IMG/VR virus record: IMGVR_UViG_3300033066_000693
Coordinates: 128,001 to 192,000 of that record
DNA length: 64,000 nucleotides
Source of the DNA: a virus
Strand: one strand, 5' to 3'
Part shown: piece after piece, positions 8,842 to 17,895 of the stretch
Layout of the letters: each line of letters starts with the position of its first letter
How positions within the stretch are numbered: position 1 is the stretch's first letter
Program-made: the position numbers and the translations under genes
The notes under the pieces: generated by a model
What the model saw: the letters and a program-made list of their open reading frames with translations, nothing else
Told to the model about the DNA's origin: nothing
Databases searched by the model: none

Positions 8842-9485
8842 TTTTCGGCTCTACGAATCGAAGCGCCAGCGGTCTGCGCTTTCCTTAGCGCCTTCTCTCT
8901 AGCCGCCATGATATCTTGAACTTCTTCTTGCGAAAGCTCAACTTGGTCGGCGCTTGAAGACAAACTTTGAGCAGGAACCATTCCCTCAATCCCGTTGCTA
9001 ATATCTTCCATACGCTTTGCTTCTTTCTTTACAAGATCTTCAGGAAGGAATGGCTGTTCTGCTGGCGAATCGTCTTCAAGATCTACTTCAACAGCCTCTA
9101 CAGGACTCTTACGATTACCGACCTTAAGAGGGTTTACAACGGCTTGAGGATTAGGGCGGGTATTTACAACTCTAGGCTTTGGAAGAGGCTTCCTTGCCTG
9201 AGTCTCGGTTGCCTTTGTCATTGTATTCGTTATGTTTGGCAAACGATTTGGCATTGGCAAAGTCTTCTTACCCTGTAGAATGCCCTGCTCAACCAAGAAC
9301 TCGGAAACTTCCGAGAACATAGTAACTGGGAAGCTTACTGCTGGTTCGCCCTCGTCGTCCAATAGAGCGATAGTTGGGCCATACTCGTCTGTATGGAAGA
9401 ATCGCAACGAAATGGCATATGCCGTTCCAGTTGGGGACTCATATTCAAACTCGAAATCAACTTTTTTGTTGGACTTGATCGCCAT
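8838..9485 (-). CDS. hypothetical protein
   Basis: 215-aa ORF with an acidic N-terminal half and a basic C-terminus. Confidence 0.5.
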   Translation of the reverse strand: MAIKSNKKVDFEFEYESPTGTAYAISLRFFHTDEYGPTIALLDDEGEPAVSFPVTMFSEVSEFLVEQGILQGKKTLPMPNRLPNITNTMTKATETQARKPLPKPRVVNTRPNPQAVVNPLKVGNRKSPVEAVEVDLEDDSPAEQPFLPEDLVKKEAKRMEDISNGIEGMVPAQSLSSSADQVELSQEEVQDIMAAREKALRKAQTAGASIRRAEK

Positions 9486-9675
9486 CTTTGTCTCCTAAAA
9501 TCATTTGTTTCAGCACCATGCGTATCTTCTGCTGATTCATTGCTAGAACTTTTTCAGCTTCTTGAACCATCTTCGGCTTAACGACTGGTGGGATATACTT
9601 TCCGCACTTACTACACATCGTGCCAAAGACATTTTCCTTGTGGGGCATAGAATGAGCGCAAGAGGGGCAAATCAT
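9457..9675 (-). CDS. zinc-ribbon protein
   Basis: 72 aa with the pair CPSC...CSKCGK (CxxC...CxxC). Confidence 0.45.
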   Translation of the reverse strand: MICPSCAHSMPHKENVFGTMCSKCGKYIPPVVKPKMVQEAEKVLAMNQQKIRMVLKQMILGDKDGDQVQQKS

Positions 9676-10151
9676 ATGAGTTCGATTCTTTCGTCTTCAT
9701 CCTCGTCCGTAGTAGGATCATCGTCAAACTGCAAGTCTTTTCTTGCTCCATACTTCTTTTCTAGGTACTCGGAATCAACAATGTAAGTATCCCATTCCTT
9801 GCGCCAGAATGGCAGCCAAGAGTCGGCAATAGACGGCAGAGGCTCTGGGGTTTTCCACCCAGATTCATTGCACCAGCAAGTAAGACACCTAATGTCTGTA
9901 TTGTGTATGTCTTTTGAAGATGGTCGGTAGTCAGCTATATAGACCTTGCCATTCCAATAGAAATGGCATTCTAACATAGCAAAACCAAATGGACTTCGTA
10001 TAGTAACTCTTGAGCTAACCATCCACTCATTGCGCTTAGAACTTGCGCCTGTAGAATATGTATGAACATTCATTATGCGACAAACTTTTTTGTACGAACC
10101 GTTTGCCTGCAAAAGAGTTAGATCTGTAAACTGTATCTCAAAATCCATCAA
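9672..10151 (-). CDS. hypothetical protein with a Cys/His cluster and an acidic tail
   Basis: 159 aa containing RCLTCWC and an acidic C-terminus DDDPTTDEDEDE. Confidence 0.5.
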   Translation of the reverse strand: MMDFEIQFTDLTLLQANGSYKKVCRIMNVHTYSTGASSKRNEWMVSSRVTIRSPFGFAMLECHFYWNGKVYIADYRPSSKDIHNTDIRCLTCWCNESGWKTPEPLPSIADSWLPFWRKEWDTYIVDSEYLEKKYGARKDLQFDDDPTTDEDEDERIELI

Positions 10152-11008
10152 AAAACCTCGTTCTCAACTACTTCCTTAGGTATTTCTGCCTTGCTTTCCT
10201 TCAATCTTTGAGATCTTGGCACGTAAGGTTCGAAGATGTTGGCAATGTTGTTTATCCTATCCCGAGCGTATTTAACATCGCCTTCTGAGTTATCTATGCC
10301 TATGTAGTTTCGGCCAGTCATCTTAGCAACTGCGCCGGTTGTACCAGTCCCCATAAATGGGTCTAGGATAGTATTGCCTCGATAGCTAAATAGCTTCAAG
10401 ATACGAGTAACAAGCTCTTCTGGATATGGCGCAGGATGTCCATTTCTGTTCTTAGTTTCTGGCTGAATGAACCATGTACTAAACGTCCATTCTTGGAACT
10501 CTTTAGGGGTCATGTCGGAAAGCTCGCTATCGCCTTCCAAGCCAAACTCGTCTTTAGACCAAACAAGAACATATTCATGAGTTCTTCTAAGCGCTGGATT
10601 TGAGCATGAACACCAAGAACCGAATGCCGTAGCTCTTCCAGACCAGTTCTGCTTGTACCAGCAAATTTCTACGCGAAACTTCAAGCCTATTTCTCGCCCT
10701 ATGTTTACTAGGTCGGCATAAATAGGACGCATGTATTCTTCGCCGTCTTGCAGATTACGCACAGAGTCTATGTTGATGGCTATTCTGCCTCCTGAAACAA
10801 GAACTCGCTTGCATTCAATGAGAATGTCTTTCAGCCATGCAAGGTAATGAGCATAAGGATCGTTATCCTTTCGATTCTTGTATTTAATGTTGATGTTGTA
10901 AGGAGGCGAAGTGCATACTAAGTGTACGGTTTCGTCTGGGATCTTTCGAAGGCCATCAAGAACGTCGTCAAACATGATGGTATTGAGTAGCTGATCTATG
11001 GGTATCAT
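10148..11008 (-). CDS. beta-class DNA methyltransferase (N4-cytosine/N6-adenine, PF01555-like)
   Basis: Motif IV SPPY (LVCTSPPYNI) lies N-terminal and motif I C-terminal (ILDPFMGTGTTGAVA), the beta-class order. Confidence 0.85.
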   Translation of the reverse strand: MIPIDQLLNTIMFDDVLDGLRKIPDETVHLVCTSPPYNINIKYKNRKDNDPYAHYLAWLKDILIECKRVLVSGGRIAINIDSVRNLQDGEEYMRPIYADLVNIGREIGLKFRVEICWYKQNWSGRATAFGSWCSCSNPALRRTHEYVLVWSKDEFGLEGDSELSDMTPKEFQEWTFSTWFIQPETKNRNGHPAPYPEELVTRILKLFSYRGNTILDPFMGTGTTGAVAKMTGRNYIGIDNSEGDVKYARDRINNIANIFEPYVPRSQRLKESKAEIPKEVVENEVF

Positions 11009-11778
11009 TTGCTTTCCTTTGAATCGAATATCGTGGTAAGCTGACTTACCCGTTCCTGCGCGATATCTATGGCTTGTTTACTCTTGTCGGAACCTATGGA
11101 GTATCTTCCTAATGAAACACCAGTCTCTATCAATGATCCACTTCCGCAGAACGGATCTAGAATCCTGCTTTCTGCATTACTCCATATTTCTACGACCCTT
11201 TGCATGAGCTTTCTAGGCTTCTGCGTTGCATAGCCTGTTTTCTCTGGCTCATTCCTACAAAGAGCAGGGATATCCGTCCACCAATCCTCTAAAAGCTTGC
11301 CCTTTTGCTCGTATTTTTCCCAAGGAATCTTCTCTTTAGACCAAGCCGCTGCCCCTCCAACATTCATCTTTGTCTTATAAGGAATGCGAGGCTGGTTAAA
11401 GATATAGTCGCCTACTCCGTACCAAAGAATCGTATTATGTTTTCTAGGGAGCCATTTCTTAGCACTAGCTGGGTTGCTAAAGCACCATATGATCTCGTTT
11501 TTGAAGCTATCCCTACCAAACATTCCGTCCATCATTACCTTGAGATAATGAACAGCCTTATAGTCAACATGGACAAGGATATTGGCGCTGGGCTTCATTA
11601 GCTTTTGAAGGTTCTCCAACCGTTCCTTCATATAGGCTAGAAACTCGTCCAGAGTCTCGCCTTCGCCATAATACTCGTCCTCTTTCTTAGAGCTATATGG
11701 TGGGTCCAAATAGATAAGATCAACCGGATCGATAACTAGGTCTTTACAATCTGTAAGATGTAGCTCGTACTTATTCAT
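11005..11778 (-). CDS. beta-class N6-adenine DNA methyltransferase
   Basis: DPPY (LIYLDPPYSS) lies N-terminal and motif I C-terminal (ILDPFCGSGSLIETG). Confidence 0.85.
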   Translation of the reverse strand: MNKYELHLTDCKDLVIDPVDLIYLDPPYSSKKEDEYYGEGETLDEFLAYMKERLENLQKLMKPSANILVHVDYKAVHYLKVMMDGMFGRDSFKNEIIWCFSNPASAKKWLPRKHNTILWYGVGDYIFNQPRIPYKTKMNVGGAAAWSKEKIPWEKYEQKGKLLEDWWTDIPALCRNEPEKTGYATQKPRKLMQRVVEIWSNAESRILDPFCGSGSLIETGVSLGRYSIGSDKSKQAIDIAQERVSQLTTIFDSKESK

Positions 11779-12403
11779 AACTTCTGAAATCTTTGGCGCT
11801 CTGTATTTCCTCTTGCTTCTGCTTTTCTAGGAACATCTGATACCTATATCCGGTTCTCTTTGGAAGAGCGTCAGATAGCTTTTCTAGTTCCTCAAGATTC
11901 TCGATAAGAACCAAGCTATCTGCGAGAGCAAATACCTTCTCGGCAATCTGAATCTCATTGGGGTCAAAGTTTACTTTGCGCAGAAAATCATGCATATGGA
12001 CGCTAATAAACAATGAAGAAGCGAGGAGGTCTTCTCCCTTGTCTTCCTTGCCCGGGTCATTGATGTGAAGCAGTATCTCTCGAATGACTGATTCTAAAAC
12101 GTCGTCTATGTTGATATTCAGACCAGCCGAAAGTCTTTGAATAGTCTCCTTGATAGAGATCTGTTCGTAGGAAGCTATGAACTGGATAATAGAGCCTGCG
12201 CTCTTGCAGCCGTAGCAATAGTAATCCTGCCGAGTAGGTTTGTCATAGACGAAGAATGACGGCGTTTTGTCAGACTTATGAGACGGCAATGGACAACGGT
12301 ACTTGTATCTACCTCCGTCAAAAGACGACCATTGAACTCCCTTAGAAGAAAGGTAGTCTGTTATCTTGTTGGCCTTGATAATCGTGTCAAGAATAATGCT
12401 CAT
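11771..12403 (-). CDS. DnaG-type CHC2 zinc-finger protein (primase N-terminal domain only, no TOPRIM)
   Basis: YRCPLPSHKSDKTPSFFVY...YYCYGCKSAGSIIQF matches the CHC2 consensus CPFH.EKTPSF.V...Y.CFGCG.GG. No E...DxD TOPRIM motif occurs in the 210 aa. Confidence 0.7.
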   Translation of the reverse strand: MSIILDTIIKANKITDYLSSKGVQWSSFDGGRYKYRCPLPSHKSDKTPSFFVYDKPTRQDYYCYGCKSAGSIIQFIASYEQISIKETIQRLSAGLNINIDDVLESVIREILLHINDPGKEDKGEDLLASSLFISVHMHDFLRKVNFDPNEIQIAEKVFALADSLVLIENLEELEKLSDALPKRTGYRYQMFLEKQKQEEIQSAKDFRSYE

Positions 12404-13986
12404 AGTTCAAAACCCAAATCGTCTGTACTTTGACTGGCTTTCTTTGCAATCTTCGGCTTTTCCTTGGGCGTTATCATGGGCTTTGGCGGCTCGTCGTCAA
12501 AGGCCAAATCAATATCAGGATTGGGCGACGGAGCAGACTCGCCTCGTCGCAGGACTTCCGAAGCGTCCGGGTCATTATCTGCCCAACTAGCGTCTACAAA
12601 TGCGCTTATCTTGCCAATCTTGGGGTATACGTCTAGGGTTGCTTTAGATTGATTATGATGCGGTCCAAACATGGTTGAACCATATCTGGACTTGACGCAG
12701 AATAGGTAAAGCTTTTCTTCTGACTGTTCAGGATGTCTTACTTGAACATAGATGTTATCAGCGTCAGCGGAGAAGTCATGAGAACCTCTCAAAGCGTCGG
12801 AGCCTACAGATTGCTTGCCTTCTTTCTGGTTGCGTAGAGACTTGATAGCCTCTCGATTTAGCTGCACCGCTGAGAGTACAGCGAATCCCATCTTCCTTCC
12901 AAGCTGTCGCAAGTCTTTGCACATCTGTCCGTACCAGCTATGCTCTGCTAGCTTTTGGTACCAAGGCTCTGGGCTAAGAATGGAGATATAGTCAATGACA
13001 ACCAATCGAACCTTGAAGAAGTGCTTTCGCTTTTCTAGCTCGGCGCGAATCTTCGAGACTGTCATTCTCTCTTGGGCGTCTAGAATGGCAAACTTCGAGC
13101 TTATTTGCTTGAAATCTTCGGCAGCTTTCTTTACTCTAGCCTTCTCATCAGCGGTCAGTAAATTTGGCTTTGCAAGCTTCGAGGAATCGATCTCCGCCTC
13201 TCTGGAAATGATACGCTGCATAAGACGATCCTTGGGCATTTCCAAGGATACGTACAGAACATTTTCTCCTGATTGCTTGCATACATTCAGGGAGATATTG
13301 ATCATCGTAGCAGACTTGAATCCACCTACGTCAGCAACGATAAGAGTTAGAGAGCCGGGGTCCAAGCCAATAGGCATGGTTTCATCAAAAGGCAATATGC
13401 CAGTCTGCAAAACCTTCTTAGGATTGAGAGCTTCTTTCTCTAACTGGTCATACCAATCTGGACCGTAATCGTCAACGTTCACCCATGTAGCGGCATTGTT
13501 CTCGTCCGCGCTAGAAACAAGTATGTTTAGATCGTCAGCTATATCTCTAACAGCGCTGACATAATCCTTGTTCTTGTTTGTATTGAAGCGATCAAAAAAC
13601 TCTCCGCTCTTTCTCTTTATGTAATACTCTCTGACCTTACGGCAAATGAGAGGAAAATCCTGAGGGTCTACTTTATCTAGATTGGTAATTAGCTGAAAGT
13701 TTCGCTTCTCTGTTTGCTGAGCAAACTTAGCGCTTTCGATCTCGCTACCAGTCCATTTTTTGTAGTCTCCATTGGCGGCGGCGCGAGCTATAAAATCAAG
13801 GTAATAGTTTTCTGTAAACTTTTCTGAATCTTGATGAGATTGTTCTATGCCATAGATAAACGGGCGATACTTGCTTTCAAAGTACGCAGGCCCCATTTGT
13901 TCCGCAAGAAACTCTGGAATAAGTTCGTTGCGATTTATTACTAGATGCAGTAGTTTTTCTTGAGCTTCAAGTTCTGTTATTGCCAT
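12400..13986 (-). CDS. dnaB: DnaB-family replicative DNA helicase
   Basis: Walker A lies in LTLIVADVGGFKSATMIN. A Walker B/H2-like LVVIDYISIL is present. N-terminal domain plus RecA-like C-domain architecture. ATG at 13986 is preceded by GGGGGA. Confidence 0.85.
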   Translation of the reverse strand: MAITELEAQEKLLHLVINRNELIPEFLAEQMGPAYFESKYRPFIYGIEQSHQDSEKFTENYYLDFIARAAANGDYKKWTGSEIESAKFAQQTEKRNFQLITNLDKVDPQDFPLICRKVREYYIKRKSGEFFDRFNTNKNKDYVSAVRDIADDLNILVSSADENNAATWVNVDDYGPDWYDQLEKEALNPKKVLQTGILPFDETMPIGLDPGSLTLIVADVGGFKSATMINISLNVCKQSGENVLYVSLEMPKDRLMQRIISREAEIDSSKLAKPNLLTADEKARVKKAAEDFKQISSKFAILDAQERMTVSKIRAELEKRKHFFKVRLVVIDYISILSPEPWYQKLAEHSWYGQMCKDLRQLGRKMGFAVLSAVQLNREAIKSLRNQKEGKQSVGSDALRGSHDFSADADNIYVQVRHPEQSEEKLYLFCVKSRYGSTMFGPHHNQSKATLDVYPKIGKISAFVDASWADNDPDASEVLRRGESAPSPNPDIDLAFDDEPPKPMITPKEKPKIAKKASQSTDDLGFEL

Positions 13987-14889
13987 TCAATCCCCCGCTT
14001 TTATCAGAAAGGTGTTCTTAGAAGTTACCATCTTCTGGAAACTATAACCGAGGCTATCGGTATAATCTTTAGCGAGAGCATCGAAGTCACAGCACAATAT
14101 CGTTGGCTGCCGATTCTCAATTCGTGTCATCAGAAAATCGTCAAACAATGTAACAAAGTTCTGATGATTGAAGTCGGTTTCATTCAAAGGTAAACTTACA
14201 TCGTCAATCGCCAACCAATCATACTCTTTGAGCGAGCTTGCTCTTTCTGTTTTCTGTCTTAGGTCTTGTCTTAGAGTTTGATAAGACGTTAGGGCGTATG
14301 TATCTGCTCGATTCGTAGTATAAAGCCTTCGCCAGATGGCTTCCTTCAAGACCAAACAAGCAATGAGAGTCTTACCAGTAGGAACGGTCTGCGTAGACGG
14401 CATGCCCTCTTTCTTGAGGCGAAACGGATTGCCATGAATGATAAGATTAGTACCCTCGTAGAACCTAAGGTCCATCTTAGAAATCTTGTTGTAGTCTTCT
14501 CTGCTAGTAGCATTAGAACTATCGCTGTCTCCAAAGAGATACGACTTGAGAGAAGACTTGATAGACTCTACTGTTTTGTCGCTCCAAACTCGCAGATCCT
14601 CTCCCTGCTTAGTCTTGACCAATCCTCGAACATGGTTAATGGTCTTTTCTCTATACTCAGGAGGAATGACATATTCAATATGCCCTCTTGCGTCGGCAAC
14701 CTTTCGGCAGCGACATTGATCGGGCATTTGGCATTGGTCATTCCCCTTGTACCAAGGGCAGGCTATCGCTTCGCCTGTTTCTTTGTTGGTGCCGAAAGTT
14801 GAATAATTGCGATATCGGAAATGACGGATAAATGAGCTTAGTTCTGACATATTCTCTTCTCGACCCAAAAAAATCAATGACCCTAACAA
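13987..14889 (-). CDS. P-loop NTPase, putative DnaC/IstB-like helicase loader with a Cys-rich N-terminus
   Basis: The P-loop TVPTGKTLIA resembles PGTGKTHLA. The Walker B WLAIDDV resembles LLIIDD. An N-terminal CPWYKGNDQCQMPDQCRC segment is present. The gene lies immediately downstream of the helicase gene. Confidence 0.5.
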   Translation of the reverse strand: MLGSLIFLGREENMSELSSFIRHFRYRNYSTFGTNKETGEAIACPWYKGNDQCQMPDQCRCRKVADARGHIEYVIPPEYREKTINHVRGLVKTKQGEDLRVWSDKTVESIKSSLKSYLFGDSDSSNATSREDYNKISKMDLRFYEGTNLIIHGNPFRLKKEGMPSTQTVPTGKTLIACLVLKEAIWRRLYTTNRADTYALTSYQTLRQDLRQKTERASSLKEYDWLAIDDVSLPLNETDFNHQNFVTLFDDFLMTRIENRQPTILCCDFDALAKDYTDSLGYSFQKMVTSKNTFLIKAGD

Positions 14890-14895
14890 GGCACG

Positions 14896-17895
14896 TTACA
14901 GATCAAGGTCATGGCCTTTTTTCTGGTTTGAAGAGCGTACCTTATCTCTTGTGTTGGCAAACTTACATCTACCTTCTGCCCATTTTCGCATAGCGCTAAA
15001 ATCTTCAGCGCGAGTGCTAGACAATGCGCAGATGCTCTTACATGACGCCATCAAGTCTGTGGTTGTAATCGGCCTCTTGCCGTCGCAGAAACACTCGAAC
15101 ATGGCATTCTCAATGGTTTTCTCGATCTCTGCTCCGCTGAAACCGTCCGTACTACTAGCCAACGCATCAGTATCAAACTTACTGCTATCAAACTTGAACT
15201 TCTTAAGAAGAACTTCGTAGATCTGCCGCCTACCAATATGATTAGGCAAGTCAACAAAGAATACTTCGTCAAAACGTCCCGCTCTCATGAACTCAGGCGG
15301 AATATCTTGAACGTTGTTTGCAGTACAGATAACGAATACAGGAGCGGTCTTCTCTTGCAACCAAGTAAGGAAAGTACCAATGACTCTCTTAGTTGTTCCG
15401 CTGTCGCCAGAACCCTGACCAACTCCGCCAGCCAAACCCTTCTCAATCTCGTCTGCCCAAAGAATGCAGTTATGGCATAGGAAGCCATTGGCAAAGAAGT
15501 TGTGATTCTTTTCGCAGGATAGGTCATACGCCCACTGCGTTTCTGCAATCTGTATGCTGTCGATTTTGACGCCAACAACGTCAGAAGAAAGAAGTTTGGT
15601 CATCTCTCCGAGGTTCTTTCGTGCCAGATTAGCAGTAAGGAAATCATGAAGATCAATAGCGACATTCTGATTTACAAACGCATTTGGCTGCTCAAAAACC
15701 GCCATTTCCTGATCATTGTATTCAAGTTCGGTAATCCCATACTCATGTCGGATAGCAGAGAGAACTTTACCAAGCTGGTATCCAACAACCTCAACCCTAT
15801 TCATAGGAGAGCTAACTACAAGGTCCATAAAAGCTTCAACAGACCTAACTCTCTTCCTGTTAAAGATGGGTATGATATGGAAGAATCTTTCTATCTGCTC
15901 TGTCTCCATAACAATGCAGCTTTGCGGAGACAAGAATGAAATGATACCGAAGGTATGCAAAACAGTCTTGACTCTTTGAAATGTCGAAGGCGTATTGCAC
16001 TTCATTGCTACAAAAGGCTTGACCGGATTTCTCTGTTGGGCGTCTGCAAACCCAAAGTATCCAGCGCCATGAAAGAATCCAGCCAAGTAGAATGAAAGGA
16101 TTTCCTTAGACTGCGAAGCTAAGTTCTCCTTGAATCCCGCCAAGGCCTGAGTAACAACCTTGTTCGTCAAAAGAACCATGTTGTTCTCGAAGCTCGGCTC
16201 TGTCAAAAACGATTCCGACATCATTCCAGCAAAGAAGAACCTAATCTTTGGATCAGCATGATGGAACATGATCTCGCCGGTATCCTTATGAAAAGTACCG
16301 CAAGCGTCCATCATGCCAAATACGGTCGCAATCTGAATCAGATTCAGGTGCTTATCATTGATGCAAGCCTTATGGAGTTTTCCATTAGCTCGCATACTAA
16401 TGCTGCCTTCCTTCTTGCCCGGGAAAAGGCTAGTCAAAGAAAGAGTCTTCTTGTCTCTACGAAGCGTTTTGGGGGTAATAAGAAGATCGTTCTCAACAAG
16501 ATCCTTAGCTTCTACCCAAACAAGCTTTCCGTCACGATTGACCATCATCTTGTGGTCATGCGTAACCTCGATAGAGCCTACAGCCGTCCTGAGACGGAGC
16601 ATCTTCTTCTGCTCTGCGTGACGAATAATCGCTTTTACCCGAGTCTTTTCTAGCTTGAGAGTCTTTTCATTGAAAGAGTAAGTATAGAAAGGCTTCTTAT
16701 CAACAGACTCAAGCAAGTCTTTGACAAGATGCGACTTACCGTTTTCGTCATACACAACCGAGTTACCAGATACGCATGGCGCTACCGTCTCTGCCAACTT
16801 GATGACATGGCGAGCTATTTTTTCCGATTCGCCAACCAATGAGTTGAACATCTTTCCGAAGTCCAACCTCAAAAGAGGCATCTCATACAATGAAGCTGCG
16901 GCCTTAGCGGTAAGAGACTTACCGCAACCGGGCATGCCAAGAAGCAATACACCGCGAGGCGGCTTGAGTCCATACTCTGCTGCGTCCTTGGTAAATGCCT
17001 GCTTACGAAGGTTCAACCAGTGAGAAAGGTCGTCCAAACCTCCTACGTCTTGCATATCAATGTTTGAGTCAACATACTCAAGAATATCTGTCTTCTTGAT
17101 AATCTGCTTCTTCTCTTGAAGAATGATGTTGATATCAAACGGTTTAACTCCAAGCTGACTGCTCATGACAATAGATTTGGCATACGCTTGGCTAGCTTCG
17201 ATAGTCGTAAGTCCCTTGACTGAATTGATAAGCTCTTCTTGATGAAGTTCGACTTCTTTTCCTATGCCCGGAAATCCTGTCTTGACCTTATCTGTATCAA
17301 CAAGATCGAAGAGAATAGAGCGAATCTCTCCCTCATTAGGGAAAGGGAAATCCAATGCGGATATCTCCTTTTCCAAGGCAGGATTGGTAATGTAGTTTGG
17401 ACCAGTCAGAATGACATGGCAGTTGCTTGTAATGCGATTGATGTGCTTAAGCTGTCTCTCAATCTGAGGACTGCATCTCTCAGGTGAGAGATAGCGATAA
17501 AAGTCGCACAAGATATAGATTGAACCGTTGCCCGGCTCTTTGAGATTCTTTTTCTTCTCTAGCTCGCTGATAATGAAGGACAGAATACCTTCAGGGTATC
17601 TAGCGTCTACGGTAGCTGGCATGGTAATAGCTTCGTTTTTCTTGAGCTTTCTCAAGAGACGAAAGCAATCCCACTCGAAAGGCTCATAGCCTCTCGCAAT
17701 GCTTACGCTTTGAAGGTAATCTAGAAGCCGACTTTCCTCATTCGTTGAAATGTAAATGAGGTTCGTTCTTGTCCGCAATAGAGCTATCAGACTGTTGTTG
17801 AAATCCTCAGTTGCCATACTGAGGTATTGCTTCTGATAGTCTTCGGAAGACGCGAGAGGATTATCCTGTTGGCTTGGCTTCGGTGCTTTCGACAT
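14896..17895 (-). CDS. classical AAA-family ATPase (CDC48/FtsH-type cassette) interrupted by an intein
   Basis: MQDVGGLDDL...GLKPPRGVLLLGMPGCGKSLTAKAAAS gives Walker A. After the intein, ILWADEIEKG gives Walker B. FVICTANNVQDIPPEFMRAGRFDEVFFVDLP is the SRH/Arg finger and GFSGAEIE is sensor 2. The ORF overlaps the IF3 gene by 35 nt, so the true start may be the Met at 17817. Confidence 0.85.
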   Translation of the reverse strand: MSKAPKPSQQDNPLASSEDYQKQYLSMATEDFNNSLIALLRTRTNLIYISTNEESRLLDYLQSVSIARGYEPFEWDCFRLLRKLKKNEAITMPATVDARYPEGILSFIISELEKKKNLKEPGNGSIYILCDFYRYLSPERCSPQIERQLKHINRITSNCHVILTGPNYITNPALEKEISALDFPFPNEGEIRSILFDLVDTDKVKTGFPGIGKEVELHQEELINSVKGLTTIEASQAYAKSIVMSSQLGVKPFDINIILQEKKQIIKKTDILEYVDSNIDMQDVGGLDDLSHWLNLRKQAFTKDAAEYGLKPPRGVLLLGMPGCGKSLTAKAAASLYEMPLLRLDFGKMFNSLVGESEKIARHVIKLAETVAPCVSGNSVVYDENGKSHLVKDLLESVDKKPFYTYSFNEKTLKLEKTRVKAIIRHAEQKKMLRLRTAVGSIEVTHDHKMMVNRDGKLVWVEAKDLVENDLLITPKTLRRDKKTLSLTSLFPGKKEGSISMRANGKLHKACINDKHLNLIQIATVFGMMDACGTFHKDTGEIMFHHADPKIRFFFAGMMSESFLTEPSFENNMVLLTNKVVTQALAGFKENLASQSKEILSFYLAGFFHGAGYFGFADAQQRNPVKPFVAMKCNTPSTFQRVKTVLHTFGIISFLSPQSCIVMETEQIERFFHIIPIFNRKRVRSVEAFMDLVVSSPMNRVEVVGYQLGKVLSAIRHEYGITELEYNDQEMAVFEQPNAFVNQNVAIDLHDFLTANLARKNLGEMTKLLSSDVVGVKIDSIQIAETQWAYDLSCEKNHNFFANGFLCHNCILWADEIEKGLAGGVGQGSGDSGTTKRVIGTFLTWLQEKTAPVFVICTANNVQDIPPEFMRAGRFDEVFFVDLPNHIGRRQIYEVLLKKFKFDSSKFDTDALASSTDGFSGAEIEKTIENAMFECFCDGKRPITTTDLMASCKSICALSSTRAEDFSAMRKWAEGRCKFANTRDKVRSSNQKKGHDLDL
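15469..16776 (-). mobile_element. intein (436 aa) with LAGLIDADG-type homing endonuclease domain, inserted between Walker A and Walker B of the AAA ATPase
   Basis: The N-terminal splice junction is ...ETVAP|CVSGNSVV, with Cys1 confirmed as tgc at 16774-16776. The C-terminal junction is ...NGFLCHN|CILWADEIE, with HN then Cys+1 confirmed at 15466-15474. Two internal LAGLIDADG-like motifs occur (IATVFGMMDACGTF and FYLAGFFHGAGYFGF). Excision restores the contiguous AAA sequence LAETVAP-CILWADEIEKG. Confidence 0.75.

Noticed and set aside
17861-17895. 35-nt overlap between the IF3 gene end and the AAA ATPase ORF start, as a possible programmed overlap.
   Set aside because: The AAA ORF has an in-frame Met at 17817 that removes the overlap. 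The track simply takes the longest ORF.
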